From: Nemertoderma westbladi
Lineage: Eukaryota; Animalia; Xenacoelomorpha
DNA: 38,550 nt
Reading direction: 5' to 3'
Assembly: GCA_032718475.1 (NCBI GenBank)
Contig: JAUCBJ010000499.1
Location: 1-38,550 of the forward strand
Position numbers and translations under genes: made by a program. Below are positions 23,404-35,045 of the stretch, piece by piece. The notes beneath the pieces are model-generated. The model was not told the origin of the DNA. It did not search any database and saw only the letters and a program-made list of their open reading frames with translations. Numbering within the stretch: position 1 is the first letter of the stretch; each line of letters begins with the position of its first letter.

Positions 23404-23525
23404 GGAATAGATTTCTGTCCTGGTCAAGTTATTGCTGACGTAACCACCCATAATCTAACCGATCACAGCAACCAACCAATACTAATTCACTTGGGATCCG
23501 ACCCTGGCGAACGTTATCCAATCAG
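23404..23525 (+). CDS. GALNS: GALNS exon: GIDFCPGQVIADVTTHNLTDHSNQPILIHLGSDPGERYPI
   Basis: Too short for the ORF track. Acceptor ttttattcag ends at 23403; donor gtacgt at 23526. Matches GALNS GIDFCPGQNVSGVTTHN...HLGRDPGERFP, and phases fit both neighbouring exons. Confidence 0.92.
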
Positions 23526-25504
23526 GTACGTTAGTTGTATGCTATCAGCTATTATTTCCTAATCCGGTTACGCGCAATATAAACGAGTCAATCTAGCATA
23601 AAACCCAAAAGTTATTCGCAATCAACCCGTCTTCACGTTTATGGGATTCTATATTATCTTGTTAATGACCAAAATAGCTATAAAAAATTAATTTGCTTAG
23701 AATATATATTTATTCATTGAAATTCTACATGAATTATTTGCATAAAACAAGCCAAACAAAAGGAACAGTAGGTAAGAGTAAGTTAGTAATGTTCCAGAAT
23801 AATTTAATTAATTGCACAATATGCTACAATTCAATGGGGAATGTCTACAATTTATACTGATCTGGCCTGTCAAACGTAAATTGTTATATCTCGGTAACTA
23901 TAAGTCGCATCCAATTTTTAAGTATATAAAAGATTTAAAGATATTAATAAGGTAACTGATGTAAAAAAAATTTACAATTCCACTGCAAGGAAATTTCGTA
24001 ATTCCATTAATGTTAGAGACGATTTTTCACAAAATGAAATTGGGATTTCTCTATTGATTTTAGATGCAATTTATTTATTTAATAATTGTAATTTATTATT
24101 AGTTTAAAAACCACAATAGTTGATAATATAACAAATTTACATACACCCGTTTAGTAGAGAAGTTGTGTAAAATTGCCAAAATTCGTATTAAAAATGGTTA
24201 AATGATTAGACAAATTTATGTTGCTCTATAAACTAAATTGGTAACTATCTACTGTAGAAGTGCATAGTTCAGTTAATCGATAGTAACTGGACTAAAGATT
24301 GTCTTACTGAAATTGGGGAAAATCCAACCAATAGACCCCTTGTTGCTATGTAAAATCCCTCACGCTCACTCTAGGGAACGAAACATAATTGAAAGTGATC
24401 CGCATAATTTATATTTATAGACTTTTTTGGTGATATTAGCAAGAGTCAAAAAAATTGTATAGTTTTGGGTTACCCCTTCTTTTTCGCTAGATTGACTGAA
24501 CTAGTAGCCAATCAGCCATCTCGGCCCCCAAGTATACCAGACTTTCTGCTTTTTTTTAATTTTTTTATTGAATTAATTAATTAAATTAATTTATTTATTT
24601 GTTAATTTAATGAATAATTAACGCACATAAATGAGATTGAGTATTATTGTTTAACAACATTTTTTATTTATAGTCTCTTGTTGCAATTCTAAAATACGCC
24701 GCAGATAAAGGCAAGCTTATATAATGCCTCCGTACTGCAACGCATACAGCCGAAAACGGTCTCCGGAATTTTTAGCCCACGAGTATCCTTAGCCCACGAG
24801 TATCCTTAGCCCGCGAGTATCCTTAGCCCGCGAGTATCCTTAGCCCACGAGTATCCTTAGCCCGCGAGTATCCTTAGCCCACGAGTATTCTTAGCCCGCG
24901 AGTATCCTTAGCCCACGAGTATCCTTAGCCCGCGAGAATCCTTAGCCCACCAGTATCCTTAGCCTGCGAGTATCCTTAGCCCGCGAGTATCCTTAGCCCG
25001 CGAGTATCCTTAGTCCACGAGTATCCTTAGCCAACGAGTATCCTTAGCCCGCGAGTATCCTTAGCCCGCGAGTATCCTTAGCCCACGAGTATCCTTAGTC
25101 CGCGAGTATCCTTAGCCCGCGAGTATTCTTAGCCCGCCAGTATCCTTAGCCCGCGAGTATCCTTAGCCCGCGAGTATCCTTAGCCCACGAGTATCTTTTG
25201 CCCGCGAGTAATCTTAGCCCGCGAGTATCCTTAGCCCGCGAGTATCCTTAGCCCGCGAGTATCCTTAGCCCACGAGTATCTTTTGCCCGCGAGTATTCTT
25301 AGCCCGTGGGTATTCTTAGCCCGCAAAATGAGTCTTCTTAGCCCGGGATAATTACTTGACACCAGGTATTCTTAGCCCGCGAGAATTCTTAGCCCGCAAC
25401 AGGAGGGAATTCTTAGCCCGCACACAGTGGGTATTCTTAGCCCGATGCGCTATGATATGGGAGTGGGAATTTGTGCTTGGGTGCTTGGGAATTTATTTAT
25501 AAGA

Positions 25505-26360
25505 ACAACTTATACTAAATACTAATAATACTACTAGGTCGAGCGAACTCGGACAGTGGAAATGAGATCCTTCCAGGCTTCCCGATTCTCCATAGTTGTC
25601 GCAATTTCGTTTCTCCCAAGTTCAGTATCCCTTTCAAGTTGATCTATGGCCGGTCGTCCACGACTACGCTTTCCATGAGTTGGTTGCCAGAGAAGTAGAT
25701 CTGGTATGACCTCGTCTTTACTTCGCCAGCAGTGCCCACTGAATCGTAATCTGCGTTCACGGAGGGTGGTTGATACAGGTGGTATTGTACCATAAAGCTC
25801 GGCGTTTGTAATGTGTTGTCTCCAGCTGATGTTTAGGGCTGCCCTTAGTAGGCTTGTGTAGCAAACATAAATTCGTTGTTGAAGTGATTTAGTCAGTGTC
25901 CAGGTCTCACCCCCGTATAAAAATACACTTTCCACTGTGGCTCGAAAGAACTTAGTCTTCAGGTGCCTGGAGAGATCTGATTTCCAGATGGTATCCATTT
26001 TTGATAGAGCTACCCCAAGCCTTTGCTTTCTTAACTTCTATGTCCTTTTTGCTACTCTCTATCCATGATCCAAGGTACTAGAAGTCGTCGACCTTCCTTA
26101 GTTGATTATTATCAATGGTTATCCAGTTTCCATCAACATTAAAGGTCATGAATTCGGTCTTGGTAGCATTTATATGCAATCCAACCTCCTTAGCAGCCCT
26201 CTCCACTTTATTTAGTAGAAGCTGTGCATCTGCTAGCGTATTAGAGAGCAGGGCGATGTCATCCGCAAAGTCGGTGTCTGTGACTGTAGTTGCCGGATAT
26301 CTACTACTTCTGCGTTCTTGAAGTGTGAATCCCAGATCTTCACCCTTTGTGGCCGTCCTG
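25505..26360 (-). mobile_element. 5'-truncated RTE-type LINE fragment
   Basis: Minus strand encodes DTDFADDIALL, DFxYLGSWI and FFRATVESVFLYGGETWTLT...RLRFSGHCWR. It has a stop and a frameshift, and a TAG/TAT short-repeat tail. Confidence 0.88.
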
Positions 26361-26539
26361 TATAACTGAACAATATTGTCGTGGGAAAGTTTACACTCGA
26401 TCGCAACCCTTTTTAGGGCTCAATTTGTTTGGCTAAAAAGTTTATCACATAAATGAGACAGTTGCGTTAGTTCATTCTAATACTCTATACTTCATTTTCT
26501 CTTTTTTCTTTTTACAGTTTAATATTTTTATGGTTTTGA

Positions 26540-26803
26540 TCGAGTCGGGGGAGGGGGAAACTGGACTCAAATCCCATCTCGGCTAATAATTAATATCCCA
26601 CCTCAATGTTAAATTCTCAATTTAGGGAAAGGAACAGGTTACAGTGGCACATTATTTTAACCAAAACAATAAACTAAATTTAATAGAACAGGTTACAGTT
26701 TTATTTCTGGAAGTAATCAGCTGTTATTTGCGTCGAATTTCCCCTGGAGAGGGATGAATTTCGTTTGCGTCGAAAGTTCCCCACCCCCCCTCCCCCCCTA
26801 TCT
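26540..26803. mobile_element. Poly-G/C-ended MITE family copy inside the foldback element
   Basis: Close match to 16279-16531. Confidence 0.75.
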
Positions 26804-28084
26804 GTTTTGATCGTAATTCAATCTAGTAATGAATCAACCAGTACATTTTGGATTAAGTGTTTTTCAAAAAAGGCAGCACTCTTCCACTTGTTGCATCCTG
26901 GTACAACGTACCAATTTACAAAGAAACGAAGCAACCGTGATGGTAATTACATAATAAATGTTAACTAGATGGGGCATAGAATGAAATCCTGACAGTAATA
27001 TTAAATATCCCGCCCAATTGTTTCAAGTAAAATATATTTTGTAGTCAAAAAATAATAACTGCGGGCTAAAAATGCTCGCGGGCTAAGAATACCCACTTTG
27101 TGCGGGCTAAGAATACTCGCGGGCTAAGAATACCCACTCCGTGCGGGCTAAAAATACTCGCGGGCTAAGAATACCCACTTTGTGAGGGCTAAGAATACTC
27201 GCGGGCTAAGAATACCCACTTTGTGCGGGCTAAGAATACTCGCGGGCTAAGAATACCCACCCCGTGCGGGCTAAGAATACTCGCGGGCTAAGAATACCCA
27301 CCCCGTGCGGGCTAAGAATACTCAAGATTTCGGTCTAAGAATACCCGCGGGCTAAGGATACCCGCGGGCTAAGAATTCACCTAACCAGCCGAACAACAAC
27401 ACTCCCAGATACAACCTGCCAGCGACACCCATACATGTAACGAATAGCAGTGCAACACGCGTTACAAAAACACATGCAACTAAATTACTTAATACTAAAT
27501 ACAATACAATATAATTATATTATATAGGTATAGGAAGGAATATTTCGATATTTTTCTATATATTAGACTTTATGCTGTTATAGTTCACTTTGCAGTTTAC
27601 CCCCCTGTGAAGAATAGGCCTACCATCTGAATCTAACCAAAACAATGAACGAATTAGTAAATGTACAGGTTATAAGATAGAAATTAGCGCTATAAAACAC
27701 TTAATAAAGATAATTCTTAGAAATATACAAATTCTTCATAAATTTTTTAATAAAGTTTCAAAAGGGATAAAACCTGTTATTCTTCACATGAGCGGCCACG
27801 TGGTTTCAACGTCAGACTGAATATGATAAAATTAATGATAAAAAAAATCACTTACTACTAATTAGTTTAGTTCAGTATTAGGCCGACGGTTGAGGTGAAT
27901 CATTCAGATTGAGTTTCACATATCAATTTGTGGAGTATGGTAACAATAACTGTGACTTGTTCTGTTCACTGCACTTTGTAAAATAATTTGCACAACAGTT
28001 CATGACGTGTGCATGCATTTTAATTTTACTACTACTTTATTATTATTCTTTCGTTTAATTTTAAAATCATTTAGGTCCCACCTT

Positions 28085-28265
28085 CTCGTTGTGGTTATTA
28101 AATCATTGCCTTGAATTCAAGTGTCACTGGTGGTCGTGGGTTCTATCCCCGCATGGGGGGGAGGCTGGGTCATTGGAGTTTTCGGTTCTGTACGATTTTT
28201 GCCTGGGCGAATATCCATCTGCCTTACATCCTTAAATAGTAGCTAAATCAGTACCAGTTTCCTCT
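28085..28265 (+). mobile_element. Diverged copy of the tRNA-derived SINE
   Basis: B-box-like ggttctatccc and the shared catccttaaatagtagctaaatcagta segment. Confidence 0.55.
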
Positions 28266-28775
28266 GGGATAATTGATAATAAATAGTTCTGGTGGCAAAT
28301 ATATCGTCAGACTTTGTGCGTAGTCCTGGGCTGAAAGGCCGTTATATAACTTTAATTTACTTATTTTTTTATGTAGAACGGATTCAAGTTAACTTCCACC
28401 TGGGTTGAAACTCGAGAATAATAAAGATTGTGTAAAATAAAAGCAGATTGAATAACTTCGGTCACATTGGATCTGCTAGATATTTTTTGGAGACGTTACT
28501 TGACTTACCTTTTAGTTATATTTACTTCCGCATATAAACTTTTTGAATTACCAATATTAAGATTAAATATTTCCCCACATGTTCTCGGGTCAAAGAGACC
28601 GTATTAATTAATTTTCCAAAAAGTTTCGTTTAACATACCGTAGTATCATTGAGTACAACTTATGAAGATAATTAAATAAATTGGAGATGAGCTGTTGCAA
28701 CTGTAATTAAAGGTGTAATATTATGGGTTTGTTCAGAAGTGGAAAAAATGGGAGCGCGTCACCGGGGGTTGAACC

Positions 28776-28821
28776 AGCGCTATACGCACGTTTCGGCCTA
28801 ACAGGCCTCATCAGTAGCGCT
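28776..28821 (-). ncRNA. Type I minimal hammerhead ribozyme, copy 1
   Basis: Minus strand reads AGCGCUA-CUGAUGA-GGCCU(GUU)AGGCC-GAA-AC(GUGC)GU-A^UAGCGCU: 7-bp stem I, intact core, 5-bp stem II, short stem III, GUA cleavage triplet. Confidence 0.9.
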
Positions 28822-29115
28822 AACCAGCTCAGCCACTAGCCCCTGACACTCGCAGTCCCACCTAATCCACTTCTATTGAACGGGCAGTCTTAAGTTGCAA
28901 ATATTCTATCTCTAACAGCGGACCTAACGGCCTCAAGTATGCTAGAGTGAAACAGGAGGGAAGTACAAATAAATAAATATTCAGCTCGGTATTGCTGCCA
29001 GGTGATATTAATTAAATAAATTGGAGATGAGCTGTTGCAACTGTAATTAAAGGTGTAATATTATGGGTTTGTTCAGAAGTGGAAAAAATGGGAGCGCGTC
29101 ACCGGGGGTTGAACC

Positions 29116-29161
29116 AGCGCTATACGCACGTTTCGGCCTAACAGGCCTCATCAGTAGCGCT
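29116..29161 (-). ncRNA. Type I minimal hammerhead ribozyme, copy 2
   Basis: Same sequence as copy 1, 340 bp away. Confidence 0.9.
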
Positions 29162-29455
29162 AACCAGCTCAGCCACTAGCCCCTGACACTCGCAGTCCCA
29201 CCTAATCCACTTCTATTGAACGGGCAGTCTTAAGTTGCAAATATTCTATCTCTAACAGCGGACCTAACGGCCTCAAGTATGCTAGAGTGAAACAGGAGGG
29301 AAGTACAAATAAATAAATATTCAGCTCGGTATTGCTGCCAGGTGATATTAATTAAATAAATTGGAGATGAGCTGTTGCAACTGTAATTAAAGGTGTAATA
29401 TTATGGGTTTGTTCAGAAGTGGAAAAAATGGGAGCGCGTCACCGGGGGTTGAACC

Positions 29456-29501
29456 AGCGCTATACGCACGTTTCGGCCTAACAGGCCTCATCAGTAGCGC
29501 T
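29456..29501 (-). ncRNA. Type I minimal hammerhead ribozyme, copy 3
   Basis: Same sequence as copy 1, 680 bp away. Confidence 0.9.
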
Positions 29502-30040
29502 AACCAGCTCAGCCACTAGCCCCTGACACTCGCAGTCCCACCTAATCCACTTCTATTGAACGGGCAGTCTTAAGTTGCAAATATTCTATCTCTAACAGCG
29601 GACCTAACGGCCTCAAGTATGCTAGAGTGAAACAGGAGGGAAGTACAAATAAATAAATATTCAGCTCGGTATTGCTGCCAGGTGATATTAATTAAATAAA
29701 TTGGAGATGAGCTGTTGCAACTGTAATTAAAGGTGTAATATTATGGGTTTGTTCAGAAGTGGAAAAGCTCCCATTTTTTCCATTTCTGAACAAACCCACA
29801 ATATTACACCTTTAATTACAGTTGCAACAGCTCATCTCCAATTTATTTAATTAATATCACCTGGCAGCAATACCGAGCTGAATATTTATTTATTTGTACT
29901 TCCCTCCTGTTTCACTCTAGCATACTTGAGGCCGTTAGGTCCGCTGTTAGAGATAGAATATTTGCAACTTAAGACTGCCCGTTCAATAGAAGTGGATTAG
30001 GTGGGACTGCGAGTGTCAGGGGGTAGTGGCTGAGCTGGTT

Positions 30041-30073
30041 AGCGCTACTGATGAGGCCTGTTAGGCCGAAACG
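30041..30073 (+). ncRNA. Truncated hammerhead in the inverted copy
   Basis: agcgcta-ctgatga-ggcctgttaggcc-gaaacg runs straight into the flanking direct repeat, so the 3' strand of stem I is missing. Confidence 0.8.
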
Positions 30074-31624
30074 TATGAAGATAATGGTTGTCCATAAAAC
30101 TAGACAGCCAGCAAGCTGGCTAGAAGGAGCTCGGGGAAAGAATCATAGCCAAGACTATTACAAATGAACTATGTCAGTCAGTAAGTAAACTAAACAATTG
30201 TCTAAACTGTAAGGCGTGAGGCTAGCTGACTTTGTGGCTCGTCCCACATAATAAAAAATGAAACTTTGCTACCACTAACAAAAATATAATATGAAACAAA
30301 TAATTTAATTATCAAGCACGTTTACAAGATATAAGATTATCGAATATTTATAAAAAATGCCCATGAAGCACAACCAGGACACCGAGCGAGTGATGACCCT
30401 AAACCCACCATAGAACCACCCTATATTATAAATGCGACTCCATTTCCATACGAATTTTACAACAGCGGCTGCTAAGGCAATCAACCAATGCTGCATTATA
30501 GAACAAAACTAACAATAGAAAGGGGTAGCTATAGTTACTAAAACTAAAAACACAAACAAAGCGCAAATATCCTAGCTGTTCCACATCAGTGTCAGAAGTT
30601 CTAGTAAGATAATAATAGTGATAACAGTTTCATTCAATTTTTTGAATAAATACAAATTATTTAATATGTTATAGAGCAAATGTATAAACAAAAGCTCAAC
30701 TAATATTATGAAAATTGAAGGTCTAAACAATATGAAACAAATTAATACATTATCAAAGACAAATTAAATTTTAGCATCACAACAACTATATCCAAGAAAT
30801 TTAACTAAACCGCAAATCAGTCAAAGTGAAAAGGGGGGACAGTTCCCCCCTTCAACCCCCCTTTCAATAAGCACCCCGTCCCAAAAGCAAAGCCGCACCC
30901 AGACCCAGTCAAGCAGAATAACCTATGGAGATAGATATTATGACAACATACCCGGTTCTTTCAAATTTGCGTGATTTGAGTTTTATGCTCGCACCACTAT
31001 TTGTAAGAAATGTTAAAACTTATCTTACAGTATGCCAATGTAGTAATGGTATTAAAATATAATTAAATTAATTTACACTATTAATGCTTCAGCGAAAAAA
31101 TGATGCTAATCCTATGTAATAAAAAAAATAAGAATATTATTTTTAAGAACATACTACATATATCCTATACAAAATAATCAGCCCAGTGATTCGTGGAATA
31201 ATAATATAATCCTACTGCAGTGGTATATTTTATTTTGTTTATTGACAACTCAACTATTTTCTGTCTATCCCTGAGAGCTGATAAAGGATGTGTAGACTCA
31301 GCCAGCAGCCAGCAGCAGGAGCAGTGTAGTCAAGAAATTCTGTCTTGATGGAATTCTATCTCAGGCAGCCCTGCACTCAACCATTCCTACACAGCTATAT
31401 AGCTGCTGCAGCTCAGGGAGGAGTTGTTACTTTACCATTGCTTTTAATTTCGCGACAAAATAATTTCAAAAAAACGAAATATATCGAATACCACACATAG
31501 AATCGATCTGATATTTTGTAACGCGACTATGAACCACCAAAGCAATTTACTTGTAAAATTTCAACAAAATCGCCAGGCAGGAAGTGCCTGAACCTGGATA
31601 ATTATCAGTCAGTCAGTCAGTCAG

Positions 31625-31786
31625 TGTTATATATCCTGAGATTTTTACAGTAAATATCCCGCAGATTTTTACAGTAAGTATCCCGCCTGTCGAGCGGGCT
31701 CCTAAGTCAGTGTTATCCTGAGAGATTTTTACAGTAAGTATCCGCAGATTTTTACAGCAAGTATCCCGCCTGTCGATCGGGCTCCT
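31625..31786. repeat. Tandem duplication of about 80 bp with internal subrepeats
   Basis: agatttttacagtaagtatcccgc occurs four times in variant form; cctgtcga.cgggctcctaa occurs twice. Confidence 0.75.
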
Positions 31787-32532
31787 AAATAATGTTTTGT
31801 TCTGTATGGGTGGGTACGTGAGCGCGTATATGAATGATGATTATGTATAATTTGTTTCCTTTACTAGAGACAACATTAACTGTAATAAAACACGGAAGGT
31901 GTTTGCAACGGATACTGTAACTAATCATATTAAGTCCAAGGAATGATTCCGCGCTCAGCAACACCAAAACAGTAAAAAATGGTCCAAATTGGTCGGCAAT
32001 AATCTCAACGTTGATACTGCACCGACACTCCTCGATACAATGTCCGACAGTCTCCTTGTATAGCCATACACTCTGTCAGCTGCCCAACACACCCGCTCAT
32101 CTAAGACTATAAAATCTTGAGAAGCCGGCGAATGTATATCATTGGCTGACCTCAATATTTGGTAGTGCCAGAGGTCAAGTACATCCCGCACTGTAGTGTT
32201 GTTGTCTCTGCCCGATGTCTCGCGACTCTTAGATTTTGCGGTGCTGGGTGGCAATATAGTTAACCAAACGCAGTAAACTGTCTATTATCAGTATTCAGCT
32301 TAACATTGTCAACCGAATAACTTTCGCTGTTGATGATTTAGAGATCTTAGACTGCTGGTTAGGTGCCACAGGTCATGTTCTATTTCCCACGTTATTGGTA
32401 TTTAGTTAGATAAGCTTCTCATACTCACGGCCGCGGCTCAAGGTAACTACAGTTATCTATCTACACATATTCACACAAATGCTAATAATTTCACTGTTTT
32501 ATTTGGACTATCTAATGTTATATGAGCCAATT

Positions 32533-33229
32533 GCGCAAAATGACCGCAAACACCAAACGTGTGTTTAGTTTGGGTTTGAGTTTGGGTTTGAGTTTGGGTT
32601 TGAGTTAGGGTTTGGGTTTGAGTTTGGGTTTGAGTTTGGGTTTGAGTTTAGGTTTGAGTTTGGGTTTGAGTTTGGGTTTGAGTTTGGGTTTGGGTTTGAG
32701 TTTGGATTTGAGTTTGAGTTTGAGTTTGGGTTTGAGTTTGAGTTTGGGTTTGAGTTTGGGTTTGAGTTTAGGTTTGAGTTTGGGTTTGGGTTTGAGTTTT
32801 GGTTTGAGTTTGGGTTTGAGTTTGAGTTTGGGTTTGAGTTTGGGTTTGAGTTTGGGTTTGAGTTTGGGTTTGAGTTTGGGTTTGAGTTTGGGTTTGGGTT
32901 TGAGTTTGGGTTTGAGTTTGGGTTTGAGTTTGAGTTTGGGTTTGAGTTTGAGTTTGGGTTTGAGTTTGGGTTTGAGTTTGGGTTTGAGTTTAGGTTTGAG
33001 TTTGGGTTTGAGTTTGGGTTTGAGTTTGAGTTTGGGTTTGAGTTTGGGTTTGGGTTTGGGTTTGAGTTTGGGTTTGAGTTTGAGTTTGGGTTTGAGTTTG
33101 AGTTTGGGTTTGAGTTTGGGTTTGAAAAATTAATTTAATTTAATTAAAAACATTTAGGGAGATGAGAAGATAACATAAGATAACAATGGCGGTGTTTCTA
33201 ACAATATTTCCTTTGCGGTCAATTTGCGC
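32533..33229. mobile_element. Inverted-repeat-flanked element containing a telomere-like (TTTGGG/TTTGAG)n tract
   Basis: gcgcaaaatgaccgcaaa (32533-32550) and tttgcggtcaatttgcgc (33212-33229) are inverted with one mismatch. The hexamer tract spans about 32565-33126. Confidence 0.65.
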
Positions 33230-33499
33230 TGATGATCACAATTTGTGCGCCACTCTCTGAATGTTATACGTGGGTTCAGGAGTAGACCATGTTCTAGAAT
33301 ATCTTAACTCAGTAATACACCTCTCCCACACAATTTTTATAAAAAATTTTCTTAGATTATATCAATTAATTCATCAGATTTTTTATTTTTACAAGAATTT
33401 GGAAAAAGTGATTTCTTATTCCGTATCTTTCATATTTATATTAAAATACAGCCAGCCTATTCAATTCGAATAAATTCAATTTTTCGTTATATTTTATAG

Positions 33500-33704
33500 G
33501 CCATCGAGCGACGAATATAAACAAGTTATGCCAATAATTAGGAAACAGTACATCCTCCATAAAGCGACTATGAAAGCCGGTAAACCTCAGTTGGAATTTT
33601 GCGACCCGGCAGTTATGAACTGGGCACCACCCGGTTGCCAGGCAATAAATAAGTGCCTAAAGGTTCCACCTTCCAACCCCAAACGTTGCGACTTCGTACA
33701 CTAG
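33500..33704 (+). CDS. GALNS: GALNS last coding exon: PSSDEYKQVMPII...KPQLEFCDPAVMNWAPPGCQAINKCLKVPPSNPKRCDFVH*
   Basis: Acceptor attttatag ends at 33499; stop TAG at 33702-33704. Matches the GALNS C-terminus PQLNVCNWAVMNWAPPGC...KCL...KKCLWSH. Confidence 0.92.
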
Positions 33705-34229
33705 AGACGGGAACCCTCATACATAAACCAGCTGATTGGCCTCAGACATTATCTTTGTACCGTATGTATTTATGTAAATACGGTCCGTATTTATTTAAAT
33801 TAGGTTGCTGCTTTAGGTCAATTGGATTTCTGAAATTAATTTCACGAATTAAATTACTATTCAACATTTAATCAACTTATTAAAGGAAAGAATCAGGTTA
33901 TAGAGGCGGGCTTACATAACAAAACACTAAACTAAATATTAAAATTATCATTACTACTACTAAATTATTAATTTTTCAGCATCAAAATTGACGCAAAATG
34001 CCACCCAGGCGTTTTACTGGCTGAAGCAGCAGCCCACTTGGTATATTTATTACTACTACTTTTATTCTAGAACAACTGTAGGTGTAATTCTATACTACTT
34101 TTATACTTTTATTTTCATGAAATAATTTTATTTTAATTATAAATATTTTGCCACGTGGCATCTTATTGTTACATTATGTAAACTTATCAGTGTTCCGATA
34201 ATATCCTCATCCTCGTAACGTTCACCTCT

Positions 34230-35045
34230 ATTCTCACGTCAGGTGACCTTGAGCCGGCGTTTGAGAAAGTTATTGGCTGTCCAACACGCCTATTCTCTCC
34301 ATCAGGCTGCCACGGTACAAGGTTGTACATGTACTGGTTGATCTTGCCGGCGAAAACAGAGCCCCGCAAGCTTCTGTGAGCGTCTCTGCAGGGTGATGCT
34401 GGGTCTTGGCGATGAAATTTTGCCATAATTATATAACAACTCATTGCTTAAGTGTGGATCAATGCTGTGCACCTTAAGCAGCATCCTGGTATGTATGTAC
34501 CATCCAGGGATGTGGTGTCTTCTTAAATCAACAGTTAGTGCCAAAGTTTGGCTGCCATAGAGCAGCACAAGCCCCACTGAAGCACGGAAAACGCGCACCT
34601 TTTAAAGAACATGATATATAACAGCTATTCCAGATCGTGGATAACTTGTGGATGGCAGACCAGGCTTACCCTTCAGACATCTTCACCAGACCTCTGAACC
34701 CCAAGGTAGCAGAAGTGTCTGAAGAAATGACTTACCAGTCCATCCAACAATTGAATGTCATCACGATCGATTTTCTGCTGGTCGGATTCCATGTTTACTG
34801 TTAGAATTGTAGTCATTGTGTTATTCACAAAGAGGCCAACACTGGATGCAGCCTCCTCTAAGATAGACCACAGTGTCTGTGCTACTCCAATGTCTCTGAA
34901 AGTAAACCAAGATCATCAACAAAGTCAAGATCGGTTAGATGTTCATCTGGGGACCCACAAATGAGGCTACCTGAAGGTGGATATATTTTCACCGCATCAG
35001 CTCCATAGTCCACAACAATAATGAAGGGTAAGGGATGTCCTTCGG
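34230..35045 (-). mobile_element. Degenerate RTE-type LINE fragment
   Basis: Pieces PFIIVVDY, DLDFVDDLGLLSE, RVFRASVGLVLLYGSQT and LAGLCFRRQDQPV occur across frames. Confidence 0.8.

Larger units (their letters stand above)
24757..27391. mobile_element. Foldback-type element whose arms are inverted arrays of a 17-bp unit
   Basis: Left arm about 24766-25445 is (gagtatccttagcccgc)n. Right arm about 27061-27378 is (gcgggctaagaatactc)n with 23-bp variants. Exact termini are uncertain. Confidence 0.7.
28661..30085 (-). mobile_element. Retrozyme/Penelope-like non-autonomous retroelement: about 3.2 tandem 340-bp units plus an inverted copy, flanked by a 12-bp direct repeat
   Basis: Units start at 28671, 29011, 29351 and 29691 and look identical. 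Inverted copy at about 29767-30073. TATGAAGATAAT at 28661-28672 and 30074-30085. Each full unit contains a hammerhead core. Confidence 0.85.

Noticed and set aside
31955-32254. 99-aa minus-strand ORF
   Set aside because: It has a non-ATG start and no recognisable family or supported splice structure. It may be a decayed element but cannot be called.
32612-33133. 173-aa Leu/Ser/Gly ORF, or a true telomere
   Set aside because: It is a hexamer microsatellite translation without an ATG start, and it is internal to an intron.
33219-33252. Possible hammerhead at ctgatga
   Set aside because: No GAAA core segment or closing stems follow it.
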